Assembly (NCBI GenBank): GCA_001773215.1
Contig: MEWB01000001.1
Location: 395,052-459,051, forward strand
Length of the DNA: 64,000 nt
Source of the DNA: a candidate division WWE3 bacterium RIFOXYC1_FULL_40_10
Lineage (GTDB): Bacteria > Patescibacteriota > WWE3 > UBA101185 > UBA10185
Reading direction: 5' to 3'
Shown one piece after another: positions 56,466 to 64,000 of the stretch; positions within the stretch are counted from its first letter, which is position 1, and each line of letters opens with the position of its first letter. Under the pieces are notes generated by a model that had not been told where the DNA came from, searched no databases, and saw only the letters and a list, made by a program, of their open reading frames with translations. The position numbers and the translations under genes were made by a program.

Positions 56466-57014
56466 ATGAAAAAGCAGTTTATGCTGTATGTCGAGTACGT
56501 ATTTGCACAGTGGAACTACTTAGTGATGCTAATGCTGGGCGGAGTTTTTTTTGGTGTCTGGCTTGTGACCATAACCATCCCAAACACTACAGTTAAGTTG
56601 ATTGGCATCGCCTTTTTGCTTTCGGGATGTATATCATCCGGAATAGCAATTTATAATCCGCTAAGCTACTTCAAAAACGAGAAATATCGCTGTAAACGCG
56701 CTCATCTTGAGGAGTTGTCTCACAAAATGGACTGGCTGGTTGCGAACATGTGCAAGGCCTGCAAGAAAGGCTCACTGCCAAAGACACAGGCAAGCGACCT
56801 GATCTTGTTTTTAATCTCCTACTATATGGCAGGCGGAGATCTGGAGCATAAGATCGAGGAACTAAACAAAAGTTCTTACATCCTGCTCTTCACCACAAAT
56901 ACTCAGGGTACCTCGGTACATATCGAGTCCAAGCCAGGAGCACCTGCCATGATGATCACAGTTTGCATCGGAAATGATCTGAAACATTTGGCGGAAGGCG
57001 AATTTTGTAGTTAG
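56466..57014 (+). CDS. hypothetical membrane protein
   Basis: The track ORF starts at 56388, adjacent to the tRNA. Internal start MKKQF (56466) precedes two TM helices. CxxC present. Confidence 0.4.
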   Translation: MKKQFMLYVEYVFAQWNYLVMLMLGGVFFGVWLVTITIPNTTVKLIGIAFLLSGCISSGIAIYNPLSYFKNEKYRCKRAHLEELSHKMDWLVANMCKACKKGSLPKTQASDLILFLISYYMAGGDLEHKIEELNKSSYILLFTTNTQGTSVHIESKPGAPAMMITVCIGNDLKHLAEGEFCS

Positions 57015-57040
57015 GAACTAATTATTAGTAGAGAGCCAGG

Positions 57041-57080
57041 GGTAAGCGTCCATATGGACATTGCTTACCTCTTTTTTTTT
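57041..57080 (+). terminator. rho-independent terminator
   Basis: ggtaagc-gtccatatggacatt-gcttacc followed by a T9 run. Confidence 0.6.
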
Positions 57081-57142
57081 GCCTTATTTCTTCCACACTG
57101 ATAGAATTTCAACAAAGAGCTAATAGACTAAAGGAGGAAAGT

Positions 57143-57721
57143 ATGCTTCACATCATAGGTCACGATTGGCTTGCAGTTGCATGCGATCAAACTGATTGGA
57201 CCCGCGAGGCACTGGCCAATTCCATCGCAGAACACTTTGATACTATTGCTGGCAAAAGCTTTGAGGAGGTCTGCAGTGATATCTTGGAGGACCGAAGTAG
57301 ACGATTTGAACTTGTAGATTTCCTGAAAAACAGCATTGACCAACTTAAGGCCACCCCCCGCTGCAGAATTCTAAGCACGTTGGAGCTTAAATCCGGAGGA
57401 ACTTTGGTCTTCCTATGTTTTGGCAAGCAGATAACCAGAGATAGAATAGTTGAAACGATAGTGGAAGCCGGTTATAAAACACATTTGGTCACTAAAGATC
57501 ATGACTTGAACTTTCTTCCAGAGGAAGGGATCGGTGTTGTCATGCTAAGGGGGCTACTAGATACACCGGATACTCTCCTACTAGATAAACTGGATTGGAG
57601 TGAGGCGAGTGGATCTGAAGTATTTAAGTGGGTTCGAGAGCAGTCAACTTCAGGAATTTCTGGCCACTACACTACCGAAGAAGAAAGGAAGTTGCTTAGG
57701 AAATATTTGTTTCTACACTAG
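57143..57721 (+). CDS. hypothetical protein (192 aa)
   Basis: Strong SD AAAGGAGGAAAGTATG. No recognised motif. Confidence 0.5.
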   Translation: MLHIIGHDWLAVACDQTDWTREALANSIAEHFDTIAGKSFEEVCSDILEDRSRRFELVDFLKNSIDQLKATPRCRILSTLELKSGGTLVFLCFGKQITRDRIVETIVEAGYKTHLVTKDHDLNFLPEEGIGVVMLRGLLDTPDTLLLDKLDWSEASGSEVFKWVREQSTSGISGHYTTEEERKLLRKYLFLH

Positions 57722-57911
57722 TTAAGCAAAGCAAGGGTAATATAACATCCTTGCTTTTTCATTTTCCAACAACTAAACACTTTCATTTGAATAATATTTC
57801 TGGTATATACTACTTACAACTCAAATATATTTAATTGAGCTATCTTGCCCTTCTTGCCCAAAAACTACTATGTAACTGTTTTTTGACTAAGGGGGTGCTA
57901 ATAATTAGAAA

Positions 57912-58400
57912 ATGGCGGAAAATAAAGAAAACATTGATACACAAAAAGACGGACTAGCCTTAGTCGTGGGGGGACTTTTTATATTGGCTTTAGTTTTTGC
58001 AGCTTACAACTACTTTTCAAAAGGAAAAAACACTGAACAAACTACAACAACAACCGGTGAAACTGCGCAGGAAGTAGTTGCAGAGGCACCTAGCGAAGAC
58101 ACTGCAGAAGAACCGGTGGGGGATATTAACGGTGACGGGCTAGCTGATAATACCTTAGGAACAGAGCAGGCCAAATTGGAGTTAGGGGGATGGGTAGCTA
58201 ATAATTACAATTCCGGGGAAATTAAAGCAGGTAATTACACTGTAAAAAGCGGTGACACACTTTGGGAAATCGCGGAGGCGGCATACGGTAACGGGGCTGA
58301 TTGGGTAAAAATCCTAGATGCGAATAAAGGGTCTATTGATTTCTTACCAAATGGGTCACAAGCGTTGATAAGAACCGGTCAGGTTTTAGTATTGCCTTAA
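57912..58400 (+). CDS. LysM-domain protein with N-terminal TM anchor
   Basis: C-terminal YTVKSGDTLWEIAEAAYGNGADWVKILDAN..LIRTGQVLVLP is a LysM consensus. Confidence 0.75.
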   Translation: MAENKENIDTQKDGLALVVGGLFILALVFAAYNYFSKGKNTEQTTTTTGETAQEVVAEAPSEDTAEEPVGDINGDGLADNTLGTEQAKLELGGWVANNYNSGEIKAGNYTVKSGDTLWEIAEAAYGNGADWVKILDANKGSIDFLPNGSQALIRTGQVLVLP

Positions 58401-58431
58401 CTGCTCATTTAAATAGATAGCTTGCAAGCTC

Positions 58432-58464
58432 AAGGAGGGCCGTCTGGTGGAAGCGGCCCTCCTT
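58432..58464 (+). terminator. GC-rich hairpin (terminator-like, weak U-tract)
   Basis: aaggagggccg-tctggtggaag-cggccctcctt. Confidence 0.4.
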
Positions 58465-58492
58465 GTGTTGTGTTGATATAATTAAAACGTAT

Positions 58493-58567
58493 GCGGGCGT
58501 GGCTTAGTGGTAAAGCGTCTCCTTCCCAAGGAGAAGATCGCGGGTTCGAATCCCGTCGCCCGCTCCA
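58493..58567 (+). tRNA. tRNA-Gly (anticodon CCC)
   Basis: GCGGGCGTGGCTTAGTGGTAAAGCGTCTCCTTCCCAAGGAGAAGATCGCGGGTTCGAATCCCGTCGCCCGCTCCA. CCA encoded. Confidence 0.9.
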
Positions 58568-58722
58568 TAGCGTTTGGTTTTCGAAAACCTCTAATTCTGC
58601 CCCCTAAAACAAGCTTTTCCCTAGTTTGAGCCTAAATTTCGAGAAGACTTTCGTTAGTCTCAGCAATTTTATACTGGAAACCGGAGTCAGATCTATATTT
58701 TTTTCTGAGATATAATAGTTAA

Positions 58723-59232
58723 GTGAAAATTTACGTCGATAATAACATCCTATCTGCAATCATCGGAAACCAGTTCACTGTCGATGATGGGAACGCAATG
58801 CAAAAATTAGCTTTGAGTGATCATGAGTTTATTACTTCACAAATCACAAAGCAGGAAATGGATAAAGCTACCGTGCCTAAGATAAAAGGGGCTGCTCTGT
58901 TTATTTATAAAATATTCGGAGGAGAGAAGTTTCTGAACAAAGAGACTTATTCTGCATCCGGATTCGGGGATGCTCTTTTTGGAGCAGTTCCTTGGGGAGG
59001 CGGAGAAGCAGAACAGCCATCTTTATCTCTTCTAAGACAAGCCTTTGAACCCGATGACGCACGACACATTTTCCAAGCGCTTTCTAGTCACTCTGACTTT
59101 TTTCTCACGCTAGATGAAAAGACTATTCTTAAAAGATACAGATCAAATTATATGAATATGCAAGCTTTTTGTACAAAGGGCAAACTGAAAATTGTGAATC
59201 CAAAAGAACTAATAAAGGAGCTTCAACTCTAA
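58723..59232 (+). CDS. hypothetical protein, possibly PIN-like nuclease fold
   Basis: N-terminal MKIYVDNNILSAIIG resembles a PIN first strand/Asp. No other support; low confidence. Confidence 0.35.
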   Translation: MKIYVDNNILSAIIGNQFTVDDGNAMQKLALSDHEFITSQITKQEMDKATVPKIKGAALFIYKIFGGEKFLNKETYSASGFGDALFGAVPWGGGEAEQPSLSLLRQAFEPDDARHIFQALSSHSDFFLTLDEKTILKRYRSNYMNMQAFCTKGKLKIVNPKELIKELQL

Positions 59233-59259
59233 GCTTTTCCAACTATTTATCCTGTGAGT

Positions 59260-59386
59260 AATGATTGACTGCTCGTGAAAGGCGATCTCTGTGGCTAAGA
59301 TGGATCACAAACTAGTATGATACCATCAGTTCTCTAAAAGTAAGATACCCTCATCACAGAAATCATTTGGTAGCAGTAGTATGTCA
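59260..59386 (+). repeat. copy A of a ~105-125 bp structured direct repeat
   Basis: Shares aatgatt..ATCTCTG(T/C)GGCTAAG(A/G)TGGATCACAA..CCATCAG.TC.CTAAAAAG..TCACAG.AGA.ATCATT.GGTA..TAGTAT.TCA with 61120-61225. Confidence 0.6.
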
Positions 59387-59420
59387 ATTTGTCTCGCCTT
59401 TTTCTCCCCAAAGTTATAAA

Positions 59421-60155
59421 ATGTTAGTACATATGTGGACTAAGCATGACATTATTAAAGAGCTTCAAAGGTACGCTAAAGAGATTGGCAAAACTCCAAG
59501 CCAAAAAATATTTTTCGACAATACCGAGGTTGGAATATATGATCGAATGAGGTTTTGGCCTAACTATGGTGCACTTGTGCGTGAGGCTGGATTAACCCCT
59601 AACGAGTTTGATAAAACCAAATACAATCATGATCAACTATGTAGACTGTTTATTCGTGTTGTTCGTGAAGAAGGCAAATGGCCAACAAGAGGCATTTTAG
59701 ATGTTAAACATCATGCAGATCATAGTTTTCCAGACTCATCTACGTTTTACAAGAAACTTGGTTTGACTGGTGAATTAGCAAAAACTATCTTAATATTTGT
59801 CAATGAAAAACGTGGATACAGGGACATCATTGATACTTGCAATTCAGTGATTAAGGAATACGAAGATAGCAGTTTATTCTCAGAAGGTGATGTAGTTCCA
59901 GGTTATGTATATTTAGGTAAACAGAACGGAAAATATAAGATAGGCAAATCAAAAGACCCTGATCGTCGTAGAGAAGATATTACACTTTTAGGCCCTGAGC
60001 CTTTCGAACTAATACATGTGATAAAAACAGATGACATGAACGGTATTGAAAAATATTGGCATGAAAGATTTAAATCAAAACACAAAAGAGCTGAATGGTT
60101 TAGCCTATCCAGAACTGACATCAGCGATTTCAAGCAATGGAAGAAAATCGCTTAA
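59421..60155 (+). CDS. T5orf172 / GIY-YIG-like domain protein
   Basis: C-terminal GYVYLGKQNGKYKIGKSKDPDRRREDI..ELIHVIKTDD..IEKYWHERFKSKHKRAEWFSLSRTDI matches the T5orf172 pattern. Track ORF starts at 59367, inside the repeat; 59421 (MLVHMW) is preferred. Confidence 0.6.
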   Translation: MLVHMWTKHDIIKELQRYAKEIGKTPSQKIFFDNTEVGIYDRMRFWPNYGALVREAGLTPNEFDKTKYNHDQLCRLFIRVVREEGKWPTRGILDVKHHADHSFPDSSTFYKKLGLTGELAKTILIFVNEKRGYRDIIDTCNSVIKEYEDSSLFSEGDVVPGYVYLGKQNGKYKIGKSKDPDRRREDITLLGPEPFELIHVIKTDDMNGIEKYWHERFKSKHKRAEWFSLSRTDISDFKQWKKIA

Positions 60156-60437
60156 CTAGGAATATTTCCTTTGATTAAACTTTCCCTTTTTCAGAAAATC
60201 AACAAAAACCTCCTGAAACATACAGAAATCAACACTCTTTAGATAGTTTTTTAAAGCAGTCAGTTGTAGAATTAGTTCTGGAGTAACGGAAGACCGAAGG
60301 ATGATTTTGACATCAGTGGGAAATGTCATATCAGATTGGTTTAGAAGATATGATTTGATATTGCCCTCCAGGCTGGGCAGGTTCGAGCAAAGTACGGTCA
60401 CCAGCTCAATTGCGAAATGGTTTTGTGTTTTTCCCAA
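60156..60437 (-). CDS. hypothetical protein (93 aa)
   Basis: ORF only; abuts the upstream gene's stop. Confidence 0.3.
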   Translation of the reverse strand: MGKTQNHFAIELVTVLCSNLPSLEGNIKSYLLNQSDMTFPTDVKIILRSSVTPELILQLTALKNYLKSVDFCMFQEVFVDFLKKGKFNQRKYS

Positions 60438-60536
60438 TTTTCTTCAAGAAATCAATCTTTTCCCGAGTTCTAGCTACTATTTTTAACAATTTGTTGTTAG
60501 CCTGGAAGTTTTGGTTAATGGTGACGAGAGTCGGAC

Positions 60537-61118
60537 CTAAATATATTTAAGAAGAACTGGAATTTTGGTAACACCACCAACCTCCTTCATAAAGTGGCCT
60601 TTATTGTGTTCTACGATAATCTTTGCCCCCAGCTTTTCTCTATAAGCCAATTTGTTTTGTTCCAAGGGAACCCATGGATCATTGTCTGAGAAAAGAGCAA
60701 CAAAAACATTTGCTAAATGTTTCACTTTCTCATAATTAATTGGTGTTTCGTACCAAGATTGTACGATCTTGTGGTCTTCGGGTAATGGCAATGCTTCCTT
60801 GCTCAATATTTCCCAGCCAGCAACAAGTATGACTTTATCAACCTTTTCATTTTGTTGATCTAAGTATCTTATGATTGTCTGGCAACCCATTGAGTGCCCG
60901 ATCAGAATATCGGTTTGCCTTAGTTTACCGAGACTATTTGTCATTTCAGCTAACCATTCGGACATCACTGGATAATCTGGATTTGGCATAGCTGGTGTTG
61001 AAGCAGAATACCCTCTACTTTCAAGTTCTTTCAATGCCCACGGAAACCAATCTTGGTCATCACGACCAGTCCACCCATGAATAATAAATGCTCTTTTTCT
61101 TTCCATATCTTTTGTCAA
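60537..61118 (-). CDS. alpha/beta serine hydrolase, YdeN/RBBP9-like
   Basis: RAFIIHGWTG, nucleophile elbow GHSMGCQ. TTG start at 61118; an ATG is at 61106. Confidence 0.7.
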   Translation of the reverse strand: MTKDMERKRAFIIHGWTGRDDQDWFPWALKELESRGYSASTPAMPNPDYPVMSEWLAEMTNSLGKLRQTDILIGHSMGCQTIIRYLDQQNEKVDKVILVAGWEILSKEALPLPEDHKIVQSWYETPINYEKVKHLANVFVALFSDNDPWVPLEQNKLAYREKLGAKIIVEHNKGHFMKEVGGVTKIPVLLKYI

Positions 61119-61119
61119 A

Positions 61120-61225
61120 AATGATTCTTCAATCTCTGCGGCTAAGGTGGATCACAATTTGTGCCATCAGCTCCCTAAAAAGGGTACGTTCACAGCAGAG
61201 ATCATTCGGTACGCCTAGTATATCA
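61120..61225 (+). repeat. copy B of the structured direct repeat
   Basis: See copy A. Stem ATCTCTGC/GCAGAGAT here versus TCTGTG/CACAGA in copy A. Confidence 0.6.
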
Positions 61226-61353
61226 CTTCTTCAGATCCTTGAAGCTATTTATTTTTTAGGTGACGCATCAGAGATCCTAACTCTAATCCTAGTTCGGGGG
61301 TGATATAATCAAAAAGGTTCGAGCTGAGTACCGTCGCCCGCTCCATAAAGAGC

Positions 61354-62004
61354 TTACTCAATCACAAACAACACGTATCTGCCGTATAAATAGTTGTAAG
61401 TCAGCTCCGAATAGCTTTCCATGTGAACAAGATTCCAGCCTTTTTTGGCAACCAAATTTCGCCACCACTCAGCAGTGTGGTACGGATGAATGTAAAACTC
61501 CCAATTTCCAAGACAATCGCTTATCGACACTATTAGTTTTTCAAAAATGTTCCTGTAGGTATCTTCGATAATTATTACTCTATTTGCAACTCGTTTAGCC
61601 TCCTCCAAAACCCTCAAGCTGTCGGCACAGTGGTGCAATACATGCACAATTAGAGCAGTCTCAAAAGAGTTATCTTTAAAGGGAAAATCACTTCCGTTGT
61701 ATACCCTAACATTTGTACCTTCGAACAAGGCAACGTCGGCAATATCCAAGCCCGAAACAAAAAAGCCTTTTTTAGTCAAAAATTTGGATATGCCCCCGGC
61801 CCCAACTCCCACATCTAATAGCTTTTTACCCTTTATAAATTTGGCAATTCGGTCAAAAGTCGTCTTGGATTTGATATCAACATATCCAGTAACAATTCTG
61901 CTCAGCAAATCCTTGCCTTCGTAAATAACCTTATTTTTTCTAAACAGCTTTGTTACACTAGAGATTGGCATATGTGTAAAATCCAGTACAATAGTAGCAC
62001 ACAA
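61354..62004 (-). CDS. class I SAM-dependent methyltransferase
   Basis: LLDVGVGAGGISKFLTKKGFFVSGLDIAD (motif I) and a downstream acidic motif. Confidence 0.75.
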   Translation of the reverse strand: MCATIVLDFTHMPISSVTKLFRKNKVIYEGKDLLSRIVTGYVDIKSKTTFDRIAKFIKGKKLLDVGVGAGGISKFLTKKGFFVSGLDIADVALFEGTNVRVYNGSDFPFKDNSFETALIVHVLHHCADSLRVLEEAKRVANRVIIIEDTYRNIFEKLIVSISDCLGNWEFYIHPYHTAEWWRNLVAKKGWNLVHMESYSELTYNYLYGRYVLFVIE

Positions 62005-62039
62005 ACCCCATCTCTGATATCATCCAAATGCCACCCTAG

Positions 62040-62113
62040 CTCAATGGAAGAGCAGATGTATCGTAAACATCCGACAAGAGTTCGATTCTCTTGGGTGGCT
62101 CCACTGCATGATA
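62040..62113 (+). tRNA. tRNA-Thr (anticodon CGT)
   Basis: GCCACCCTAGCTCAATGGAAGAGCAGATGTATCGTAAACATCCGACAAGAGTTCGATTCTCTTGGGTGGCTCCA. Anticodon stem GATGT/ACATC, loop ATCGTAA. Confidence 0.85.
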
Positions 62114-62123
62114 CAATTTACCT

Positions 62124-62855
62124 ATGGCAAGAAAAAAGACCCTAATTAAATCAGACCTAACCGAAGAGGAATTAGCCCAACGTTTATTTTTAAGCCTACT
62201 CACAACTGTAGCTATAGTTACACTTTCGGGTATTTCTATCCTCTTTTTTGGGCCTAAGATAGGAGCTTTCTTCGGACTGCTCTCCAGCCACCGCAACGAT
62301 AGACCCAATATTCCCACTGCGCGGCCTAACCCGCCCCTATTTACAAACCTTCCTGAGGCCACAAACCAGGAAAAATTAACTGTTTCGGGAACATCCCAAC
62401 CGGGATACACGGTAAAACTATATGTTAACGGTCCTGAAAAGGCTTCGGCTATTGTAGGCGCTGATGGCGGATTTACATTTGCAGACATAAAACTTAATAC
62501 CGGTAGAAATAGTGTTTTTGCAAAGGCAGTTAATCAAAGCAACGAGGAAAGTTTAAATACCGAATACTACACGATTATGCTTGATACAAGAAAACCAAAA
62601 ATTGATCTGGAAACTCCACAGAACGATGACACAGTAAGGAATTTGGATAAAAGAGTGCTTGTTAAAGGGAAGATTGACGAGCAGGTGACGTTAACCATAA
62701 ACAAGAACTCTGTAATCATTCAGGAAGACGGCAACTTTGACTATCTTTTGGGAGTTAAAGAGGGCTTGAACGAAATCTCCATTGAGGCAACCGATAAAGC
62801 CGGGAATAAAGTTGAAGAAAAAATTACAATTAGGTATGAGAATCGCGGAATTTAG
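62124..62855 (+). CDS. membrane-anchored protein with Ig-like beta-rich extracytoplasmic region
   Basis: N-terminal TM, then beta-rich repeats (TVSGTSQPGYTVKLYVNG.., ..KVLVKGKIDEQVTLTINKNSV..). The antisense ORF 62036-62488 overlaps the tRNA and is rejected. Confidence 0.5.
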   Translation: MARKKTLIKSDLTEEELAQRLFLSLLTTVAIVTLSGISILFFGPKIGAFFGLLSSHRNDRPNIPTARPNPPLFTNLPEATNQEKLTVSGTSQPGYTVKLYVNGPEKASAIVGADGGFTFADIKLNTGRNSVFAKAVNQSNEESLNTEYYTIMLDTRKPKIDLETPQNDDTVRNLDKRVLVKGKIDEQVTLTINKNSVIIQEDGNFDYLLGVKEGLNEISIEATDKAGNKVEEKITIRYENRGI

Positions 62856-63969
62856 CCGAAAACAAAAAAATCAGCCAAAAAAACATAATAGCCGGAAAAA
62901 ACAAACTGTTTATAAACATTGAATTAACAGCCAAACTTGATACAATCTCCTTTTCCATACCCTTTAAAAAAGGCGAAAAAAAGCCTAATAAATAAAATAC
63001 TAATCCCACAATCCCGGATGTAGCCAAAATATTGAGAAAGCTTGAATCCGACCCTGCACCCGCGTGATCACCAAAGTCGTCTGGAGTGAGAAAGCCAAAA
63101 TCCTCCTGGACATATCTATAATAATTGAACCCGACTCCAAATATCGGAGAATGTTTCCAAATACTCACAGCGTTATTCCAGGAAATAATCCTAAAATGAG
63201 CCGAGTCCGCTGGATCTGTAATTCCCGAAATTCTAGTTTGGATACGTGGAACAGCAAAGTAAGCTAAAAAGGATCCAATGAGAGCTAGTATTATTATTTT
63301 TGGGTTTTTCGTCGCCCCATATACAACTAGTATCACACTGAGTGTGAGCCAAGAGCTACGTGAGAAAGTTAGTATTATGCCAATCACAAGAACCAAAAGA
63401 CTTAGCACTCGCTTCTGGGACAAAGCCAAAATGGTACACATACTCAAATATGCTCCTGTGAAATTAGGATCAAAGAATGTAGAAGATAGTCTGTTTTTGT
63501 GGGGGTCCCAACCCAAAGAAGGATCCAAAACCCCAAAATCAGGCAAAATCACCAGCTGGATCAAACCGGCGACAAAGATAAAGTACCCTGAGAGTAAAAA
63601 GGTTTGGATAATTTGTCCCATAGAAATCAACCCCATCTTTAGCATGTTATAAACAACGACAGCCGCTATCAAGTAAACTAGCCACCTGACATAGTAAAAA
63701 TTTGCAACCAGGTGTTGAGAGGAGTTAAATTTCCCGGCGGTTAATATATTCGACACCAATACAAACCCGCTAAATATCAAGAAAAACACAGAGTTGCTGG
63801 GAATGGCAAACCTTTTTTTAGCTAGCAAAAAGTAGATACAACCAAAAAACGCAAATACCGCTATTGAGATATCAAAAAGATATATGGAAAACCCCCCACT
63901 TTTAGCTATTACCGAAAGTTGACCCAACGATAAGGAGAGCACACACAGATAAAACAAATACTTAAGCAT
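62830..63969 (-). CDS. O-antigen ligase/polymerase-like (Wzy_C family) polytopic membrane protein
   Basis: At least 10 TM helices with a periplasmic loop containing FGVGFNYYRYVQ, typical of the RfaL/Wzy_C family. Confidence 0.6.
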   Translation of the reverse strand: MLKYLFYLCVLSLSLGQLSVIAKSGGFSIYLFDISIAVFAFFGCIYFLLAKKRFAIPSNSVFFLIFSGFVLVSNILTAGKFNSSQHLVANFYYVRWLVYLIAAVVVYNMLKMGLISMGQIIQTFLLSGYFIFVAGLIQLVILPDFGVLDPSLGWDPHKNRLSSTFFDPNFTGAYLSMCTILALSQKRVLSLLVLVIGIILTFSRSSWLTLSVILVVYGATKNPKIIILALIGSFLAYFAVPRIQTRISGITDPADSAHFRIISWNNAVSIWKHSPIFGVGFNYYRYVQEDFGFLTPDDFGDHAGAGSDSSFLNILATSGIVGLVFYLLGFFSPFLKGMEKEIVSSLAVNSMFINSLFFPAIMFFWLIFLFSAKFRDSHT

Positions 63970-64000
63970 ATTTTGCTTTCCAGGCTTTTTTTAGGGCAAT

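Noticed and set aside
57730-57911. AT-rich spacer upstream of the LysM gene as a possible ncRNA
   Set aside because: No conserved structure or repeats are visible; it is most simply a promoter region.
62036-62488. Minus-strand 150-aa ORF
   Set aside because: It overlaps tRNA-Thr and is antisense to the better-supported plus-strand membrane protein 62124-62855.

Overview
This is an AT-rich bacterial window with dense coding and short intergenic spacers. Six tRNA genes are present, all with encoded CCA, and there are no rRNA genes or CRISPR arrays. Many genes overlap by 1 to 4 bp. Overall it looks like a small-genome, possibly candidate-phyla-radiation-like bacterium; that is inference only.

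The conserved backbone carries leuS, rpmG, map, rplS, a ClpC-like ATPase, a Klenow-like DNA polymerase I, gatCAB, htpX, idi, lemA, a PolX family polymerase and sodA. Accessory material is anchored at tRNA genes.

1. A roughly 9.1 kb island (13111-22193) is bounded by a 21-bp direct repeat of the tRNA-Glu 3' end. It carries an HTH protein, a two-nuclease-domain protein, a beta-class DNA methyltransferase, an MmeI-like Type IIG restriction-modification enzyme, and a large serine recombinase whose C-terminus is encoded by the tRNA gene.

2. The tRNA-Lys locus has a GIY-YIG mini-nuclease ORF nested between a truncated, palindrome-interrupted 5' copy of the tRNA and the intact gene. It is followed by a G+C-richer cluster with a nucleotidyltransferase-fold protein, an ATP-grasp ligase and a C39-like peptidase.

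3. The most unusual locus is 39164-43256. It encodes a MazG-like NTP pyrophosphatase, a thymidylate-synthase-like::SAM-methyltransferase fusion, a nucleoside 2-deoxyribosyltransferase/Rcl-like N-glycosidase protein, a Ppx/GppA::N-glycosidase-like fusion and an ASCH reader domain. The combination points to synthesis or handling of a 5-modified pyrimidine, either bacimethrin/5-hydroxymethyl-pyrimidine-like or a T4-like hydroxymethyl-dC route.

4. Other notable items are a kinase-like gene split by an (ATCAG)6 pentanucleotide repeat, a pair of ~105-125 bp direct repeats with compensatory stem changes flanking a T5orf172/GIY-YIG-like cassette downstream of tRNA-Gly, and extra genes (SDR, HEPN-like, small membrane protein) inserted inside the gatCAB operon.
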